Translations under genes and position numbers: made by a program
Origin: an uncultured Rhodospirillaceae bacterium
Lineage (GTDB): Bacteria; Pseudomonadota; Alphaproteobacteria; UBA9219
Direction of reading: 5' to 3'
Assembly: GCA_964587125.1 (NCBI GenBank)
Contig: CAZPKC010000003.1
Location: 64,372 to 128,371, forward strand
Length of the DNA stretch: 64,000 nt
Notes under the pieces: generated by a model
What the model was told of the DNA's origin: nothing
What the model saw: only the letters and a program-made list of their open reading frames with translations
Databases searched by the model: none
Shown: positions 59,681 to 64,000 of the stretch, piece by piece
Numbering within the stretch: the stretch's first letter is position 1
Layout: the number at the start of each line of letters is the position of its first letter

Positions 59681-60775
59681 ATGACCGAACAAGACGCTTC
59701 AGAAAATCTTTCCTACGACACGTTTCTCGCCTCGCTTCAACGGAGCAAGGAATTGGAAGCGGATATTCAGAAAAATCCCAAGCGTCACCGCGTGATGACC
59801 GGGGACAGGCCGACCGGCGATTTGCATATAGGGCATTTGTTCGGCTCGCTGCTCAACCGCGTGCGGCTTTCGAAGATGGGCGTCGAGTGTTTTATCCTTA
59901 TCGCCGATTATCAGGTTCTGACCGATCACGACGTGTTCGACAAAATTTCCGAATGCACCGTCAATCTGGCGACCGATTATATCGCGGCGGGGCTAGACCC
60001 CGATTGTGGCAATGTCTTTATCTATCCGCACAGCGCCGTGCCGGAACTCAATCAGCTTCTTCTGCCGTTTTTGAATCTCGTCAGCATCGCCGAGCTGGAG
60101 CGCAACCCGACCGTCAAGGAAGAAATCGAAGCCGCGAAAATGACGCGGTTAAACGCGGGAATGTTCACCTATCCCGTGCATCAGGCCGCCGATATTTTGT
60201 TCTGCAAGGCGACAGCCGTTCCCGTCGGGAAAGACCAGCTTCCGCATATCGAACTGACGCGCATGATCGCGCGGCGATTTAACGCGAAGTACGGCAAAAA
60301 CAAACAGATATTCCCCGAACCGCAGGGTTTGTTGAGTCAGGCGCCAACGATTTTAGGTCTCGACGGCGGCAAGAAAATGAGCAAGAGCCGCAACAATTCG
60401 ATTCCGTTGAAGGCCACCGAGGACGAAACAGCCAAGATTATCAAAACGGCGACGACGGATTCGGAACGCCTTATCACCTATGAACCCGAACGCAGGCCGC
60501 AGGTCGCCAATTTGCTGGAGATCGCGAGTTACGCGAGCGGCGTAGCGCCGGAAAAAATTGCCGCAGAAATCGGCGACGGCGGCGCGGGAAAATTAAAGGC
60601 GTATTTAACCGAAAGCTTGAACGCGTTCCTGCGGCCTTTGCGCGCGCGGCGCGCGGAGTTGGTTAAGGATGTGGGGTATGTGCGCCGCTCTATCGACAAA
60701 GGCATCGAAAAAGCCCGCGAGGTCGGGGCTGAGACTTTGAAAGAAGTCCGCGAAGCGATGAATATGTATAGGTAG
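59681..60775 (+). CDS. trpS: Tryptophan--tRNA ligase.
   Basis: Class I motifs TGDRPTGDLHIGH and KMSKS are present. Confidence 0.9.
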   Translation: MTEQDASENLSYDTFLASLQRSKELEADIQKNPKRHRVMTGDRPTGDLHIGHLFGSLLNRVRLSKMGVECFILIADYQVLTDHDVFDKISECTVNLATDYIAAGLDPDCGNVFIYPHSAVPELNQLLLPFLNLVSIAELERNPTVKEEIEAAKMTRLNAGMFTYPVHQAADILFCKATAVPVGKDQLPHIELTRMIARRFNAKYGKNKQIFPEPQGLLSQAPTILGLDGGKKMSKSRNNSIPLKATEDETAKIIKTATTDSERLITYEPERRPQVANLLEIASYASGVAPEKIAAEIGDGGAGKLKAYLTESLNAFLRPLRARRAELVKDVGYVRRSIDKGIEKAREVGAETLKEVREAMNMYR

Positions 60776-60794
60776 AAAACAAGGAGGTCTTATT

Positions 60795-61046
60795 ATGCAA
60801 AATCCCGTTATAACCCTTTTCGAAAAGGTAAAATGGGCGCTGACTCCCCCACAAGAAAAAGTTGCCATTTTCGTAAAGAAGGCTGAGGAATCAGAATCGA
60901 GAGGGGAATATTACAACGCGTTAGTTAATTACAGACTCGCCAGGAAATTCGCAACTTCTAATGAAGCCGATTTCAATCTCGGAGTGTCTTGTGTGCGTTA
61001 TGCTGCCCAAGCAGGCGTTCAATTTATTCCTTGCAAGACGATATAA
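60795..61046 (+). CDS. Small hypothetical protein (83 aa).
   Basis: A strong RBS AAGGAGG lies 7 nt upstream of the ATG. There is a short TPR-like helix (YYNALVNYRLA). Confidence 0.55.
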   Translation: MQNPVITLFEKVKWALTPPQEKVAIFVKKAEESESRGEYYNALVNYRLARKFATSNEADFNLGVSCVRYAAQAGVQFIPCKTI

Positions 61047-61090
61047 TTTTTCTTATGACGGCGCAAGGCGAGTGTTCTATACTTGTTCCT

Positions 61091-62389
61091 ATGCCTCGTC
61101 CTGCATCTACTCTCTTCGATAATGCCGCTGTCAGGCCTTTGCCCGACAGGCTGCGGCCTCGCGCATTAAGCGAAGTCGTTGGGCAGGATCATTTGCTGAA
61201 ACCGGATGCTCCTATCGGCAGAATGGTCGCGGCAAAACGGTTGGCTTCGATGATTTTGTGGGGGCCTCCCGGGTGCGGAAAAACTACTATCGCGCGTTTG
61301 CTGGCAGACGCCACGGGATTGTATTTTGAGCCTGTCTCCGCCACGGCTTCCGGCGTCGCGGAATTGCGCAAGATATTCGAAGCGGCGGGAAACAGGCGCG
61401 CGACGGGGCAAGGCACTTTGCTGTTCGTCGATGAGGTTCATCGCTTCAATCGGGCGCAGCAGGACGTGCTTTTGCCTTATGTCGAGGACGGCACCGTGAC
61501 TTTGGTGGGTGCGACGACGGAAAATCCGTCGTTCGAACTGAACGGCGCTTTGCTGTCGCGCTGCCAGGTTTTTGTCTTGAACCGGCTCGACGACGACGCT
61601 TTGGAACTGATGCTGAAGCGAGCCGAAAAAGACGCCAAGCGCTCCCTCCCCTTGACCCAAGAGGCGCGCGTAGCTTTGAAAGCTATGGCGGACGGCGACG
61701 GACGCTATTTGCTTGTGATGGCCGAGGAAATTTTCTCTCTGCCGAAAGACCGCGCGCTCAATGCGACACAATTGGCTACATTCGTGCAAAGGCGGCGGCC
61801 TTTGTACGACAAGGCGCAGGAGAGCCATTATAATCTCATCAGCGCGTTGCATAAATCGTTGCGCGGCTCGGACTGCGATGCGGCTTTGTATTGGTTCGCG
61901 CGGATGCTGGCGGGCGGCGAAGACCCTCGGTATATCGCGCGGCGGTTAACGCGGTTTGCAAGCGAGGATGTGGGATTGGCCGATCCGCAGGCCCTACCCC
62001 TCGCGCTGGCAGCGTGGGAGGCTTACGAAAGGATGGGCAGCCCCGAAGGCGAGTTGGCTTTGGCGGAATTGGTGATTTACTTGGCGACCGCGCCGAAATC
62101 GAACGCGGCGTATGTCGCGATGGGCGCGGCAACGCGGGCGGCGAATGAATATGGCTCTTTGATGCCGCCCAAGCATATTCTGAACGCCCCGACGAAATTG
62201 ATGCAGGAAATCGGTTACGGCGAGGGCTATGAGTACGATCACGACACGGAAGAAGGATTTTCCGGCCAGAACTATTTTCCCGACGACATGAAACGGCAGG
62301 AATTTTATCGCCCCGTCGAACGCGGGTTCGAGCGCGAGGTCAAAAAACGGCTGGATTACTGGGCGGAGTTGAGGAGGAAGAAGCAATGA
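61091..62389 (+). CDS. rarA: Replication-associated recombination protein A (AAA+ ATPase RarA/MgsA).
   Basis: The N-terminus is collinear with E. coli RarA. Walker A GPPGCGKTT, Walker B LFVDEVHRFN and the MgsA C-terminal domain are present. Upstream in-frame starts at 61055 or 60989 are possible. Confidence 0.85.
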   Translation: MPRPASTLFDNAAVRPLPDRLRPRALSEVVGQDHLLKPDAPIGRMVAAKRLASMILWGPPGCGKTTIARLLADATGLYFEPVSATASGVAELRKIFEAAGNRRATGQGTLLFVDEVHRFNRAQQDVLLPYVEDGTVTLVGATTENPSFELNGALLSRCQVFVLNRLDDDALELMLKRAEKDAKRSLPLTQEARVALKAMADGDGRYLLVMAEEIFSLPKDRALNATQLATFVQRRRPLYDKAQESHYNLISALHKSLRGSDCDAALYWFARMLAGGEDPRYIARRLTRFASEDVGLADPQALPLALAAWEAYERMGSPEGELALAELVIYLATAPKSNAAYVAMGAATRAANEYGSLMPPKHILNAPTKLMQEIGYGEGYEYDHDTEEGFSGQNYFPDDMKRQEFYRPVERGFEREVKKRLDYWAELRRKKQ

Positions 62390-62536
62390 GGACTTCCTTG
62401 CCATTATCCCGTCTTTTAGACTAAAACCGCATATTCGGTTAATGAGAAAGAAACAAATCGGATTCCGCATCTTCGCGCCCGGCGATCTGCCTCGCGCTTT
62501 GTGCGGAATGACGAGTTTAACAATACGGAAAAATCT

Positions 62537-64000
62537 ATGCCCGCGTATCAATATATCTATGTGATGAAGTCGCTTTCCAAGGCTTGGCCCGGAGGGAAGA
62601 AGGTTTTGGACGACGTTTGGTTGTCGTTTTATCCCGACGCCAAGATCGGTGTCCTTGGGCCGAACGGCGCGGGAAAATCGACGCTGCTCAAAATTATGGC
62701 TGGCCTCGATACCGATTTTTCTGGCGAGGCTTGGGTTGCCGAAGGCGCGACAGTCGGTTATTTACCGCAAGAGCCGCAGCTCGACCCCAAATTAACGGTC
62801 ATGGAAAACGTGATTTCGGGATTGGGCGAAAAGAAGGCGCTGCTCGACAAATTTGAAGAAGTCAGCAATAAATTGGGCGAAGTATCGGCCCCCGACGAGA
62901 TGCAAAAGCTGATCGACGAGCAAGCCGCGTTACAAGAGAAAATCGAAGCCGGAAATTTATGGGATTTGAACCGCTCGATCGAAATCGCGCTCGACGCCCT
63001 TAGGTGTCCTGCCCCCGACGCCGACGTGACGAAGCTTTCGGGCGGCGAACGCCGCCGCGTGGCCTTGTGCCGCTTGTTGCTGCAAAAGCCGGATTTGTTG
63101 CTGCTTGACGAACCGACAAACCATCTGGATGCGGAATCGATCGCGTGGCTGCAAACTTATTTGGCAGCCTATACCGGCGCTGTCGTCATGGTCACGCACG
63201 ACCGCTATTTTCTCGACAATGTCACCGGATGGATTTTGGAACTCGACCGCGCCAAAGGAATTCCGTACGAAGGCAATTATACGGCGTGGCTGGAGCAGAA
63301 GCAAAAACGGTTGGAACAGGAATCGCGCGAGGAAACGGGACGGCAAAAGACTCTCGCCCGCGAATTGGAATGGGTCAGGCAGTCGCCTAAAGCCCGGCAT
63401 GCCAAGGGAAAAGCGCGCATCACCTCCTATGAAAATCTTTTGGCGCAAAGCGCAGAAGCGACCTCGGATACCGCGCAGATCGTTATTCCGACGCCGCCGC
63501 GTTTGGGGAATACCGTCATCGACGCGGAACATTTGAGAAAGTCTTATGGAGATCGTTTATTGATCGACGATCTTTCGTTCATGCTTCCGCCCGGCGGCAT
63601 TGTCGGCATTTTGGGGCCAAACGGCGCGGGAAAATCGACTTTGTTCAAAATGATTACGGGGCAAGAAAAAGCCGACAAGGGTAAAATCAAAATCGGAGAA
63701 ACCGTCAAATTGGGATATGTCGATCAAAGCCGCGACAGTCTACGCGCCGATAAGACCGTTTGGGAAGAAATCTCGGATGGTTTGGACATTATCGATTTGG
63801 GCAAAAAAACCATGCCGAGCCGCGCCTATGTCGCCGCGTTCGGATTTAAGGGAACGGATCAGCAAAAGAAGGTCGGCATTTTATCGGGCGGCGAACGCAA
63901 TCGCGTGCATATGGCCAAGATGCTGAAATCTGGCGCGAACGTTTTGCTGCTTGACGAGCCTTCGAACGATCTCGATGTCGATACCTTGCGCGCCTTGGAA
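62537..64000 (+). CDS. ettA: ABC-F ATPase EttA (energy-dependent translational throttle); the 3' end is truncated by the window edge.
   Basis: The protein is collinear with E. coli EttA from residue 1 ([15 protein letters not shown]...[16 protein letters not shown]...[15 protein letters not shown]). The second ABC cassette begins at ~63540. Confidence 0.9.
   Translation, partial: MPAYQYIYVMKSLSKAWPGGKKVLDDVWLSFYPDAKIGVLGPNGAGKSTLLKIMAGLDTDFSGEAWVAEGATVGYLPQEPQLDPKLTVMENVISGLGEKKALLDKFEEVSNKLGEVSAPDEMQKLIDEQAALQEKIEAGNLWDLNRSIEIALDALRCPAPDADVTKLSGGERRRVALCRLLLQKPDLLLLDEPTNHLDAESIAWLQTYLAAYTGAVVMVTHDRYFLDNVTGWILELDRAKGIPYEGNYTAWLEQKQKRLEQESREETGRQKTLARELEWVRQSPKARHAKGKARITSYENLLAQSAEATSDTAQIVIPTPPRLGNTVIDAEHLRKSYGDRLLIDDLSFMLPPGGIVGILGPNGAGKSTLFKMITGQEKADKGKIKIGETVKLGYVDQSRDSLRADKTVWEEISDGLDIIDLGKKTMPSRAYVAAFGFKGTDQQKKVGILSGGERNRVHMAKMLKSGANVLLLDEPSNDLDVDTLRALE

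Overview
This 64 kb window is a chromosomal segment from an alphaproteobacterium of roughly 58-60% GC. The lineage call rests on a GcrA cell-cycle regulator, clustered GANTC methylation sites, a hopanoid hpnBCDE operon, and GroES-free clpP-clpX and kdp loci. It is almost entirely housekeeping or core genes packed on both strands. Read from the start of the window they are: an ECF sigma/anti-sigma module, a Ser/Thr-rich EF-hand protein, a MarR-NlpC/P60 pair, scpAB, gltX, a receiver protein plus sCache_2 chemoreceptor, mfd, dnaB, clpXP, murG-murC, sppA, a TPR-glycosyltransferase, an ELM1-greB-nucleosidase operon, lrp, an outer-membrane beta-barrel, gluQ, lepA, pgeF/yfiH, hpnBCDE, gcrA, a hybrid sCache_2 histidine kinase, yajC-secD, an OmpA-like lipoprotein, mlaEF, a TagF-like glycerophosphotransferase, fhs, kdpFABCD, a prepilin peptidase overlapping murJ, trpS, rarA and ettA (truncated at the window end). 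I found no rRNA, tRNA, CRISPR array, transposase, integrase or phage genes. The most unusual features are these. (i) A GC-rich structured repeat of about 150-190 nt occurs in two inverted copies 36 kb apart, with compensatory base changes in a predicted stem. (ii) Consensus DnaA boxes plus a GANTC cluster sit in the gcrA upstream region, and tandem DnaA boxes sit in the mfd/dnaB divergent region. (iii) A highly acidic Ser/Thr-rich protein with a canonical EF-hand loop lies divergent from the ECF module. (iv) Several single-gene AT-rich islets encode unknown proteins at 22.9 kb, 30.2 kb and 58.9 kb. (v) Several canonical operons appear broken: murG-murC stand alone, secD lacks secF, mlaEF lacks mlaD, kdpFABCD lacks kdpE, and the hpn operon lacks shc. 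(vi) ATGA translational coupling recurs many times. Nothing here is clearly a complete novel multi-gene system such as a defense island. The candidates above are leads, not demonstrations.
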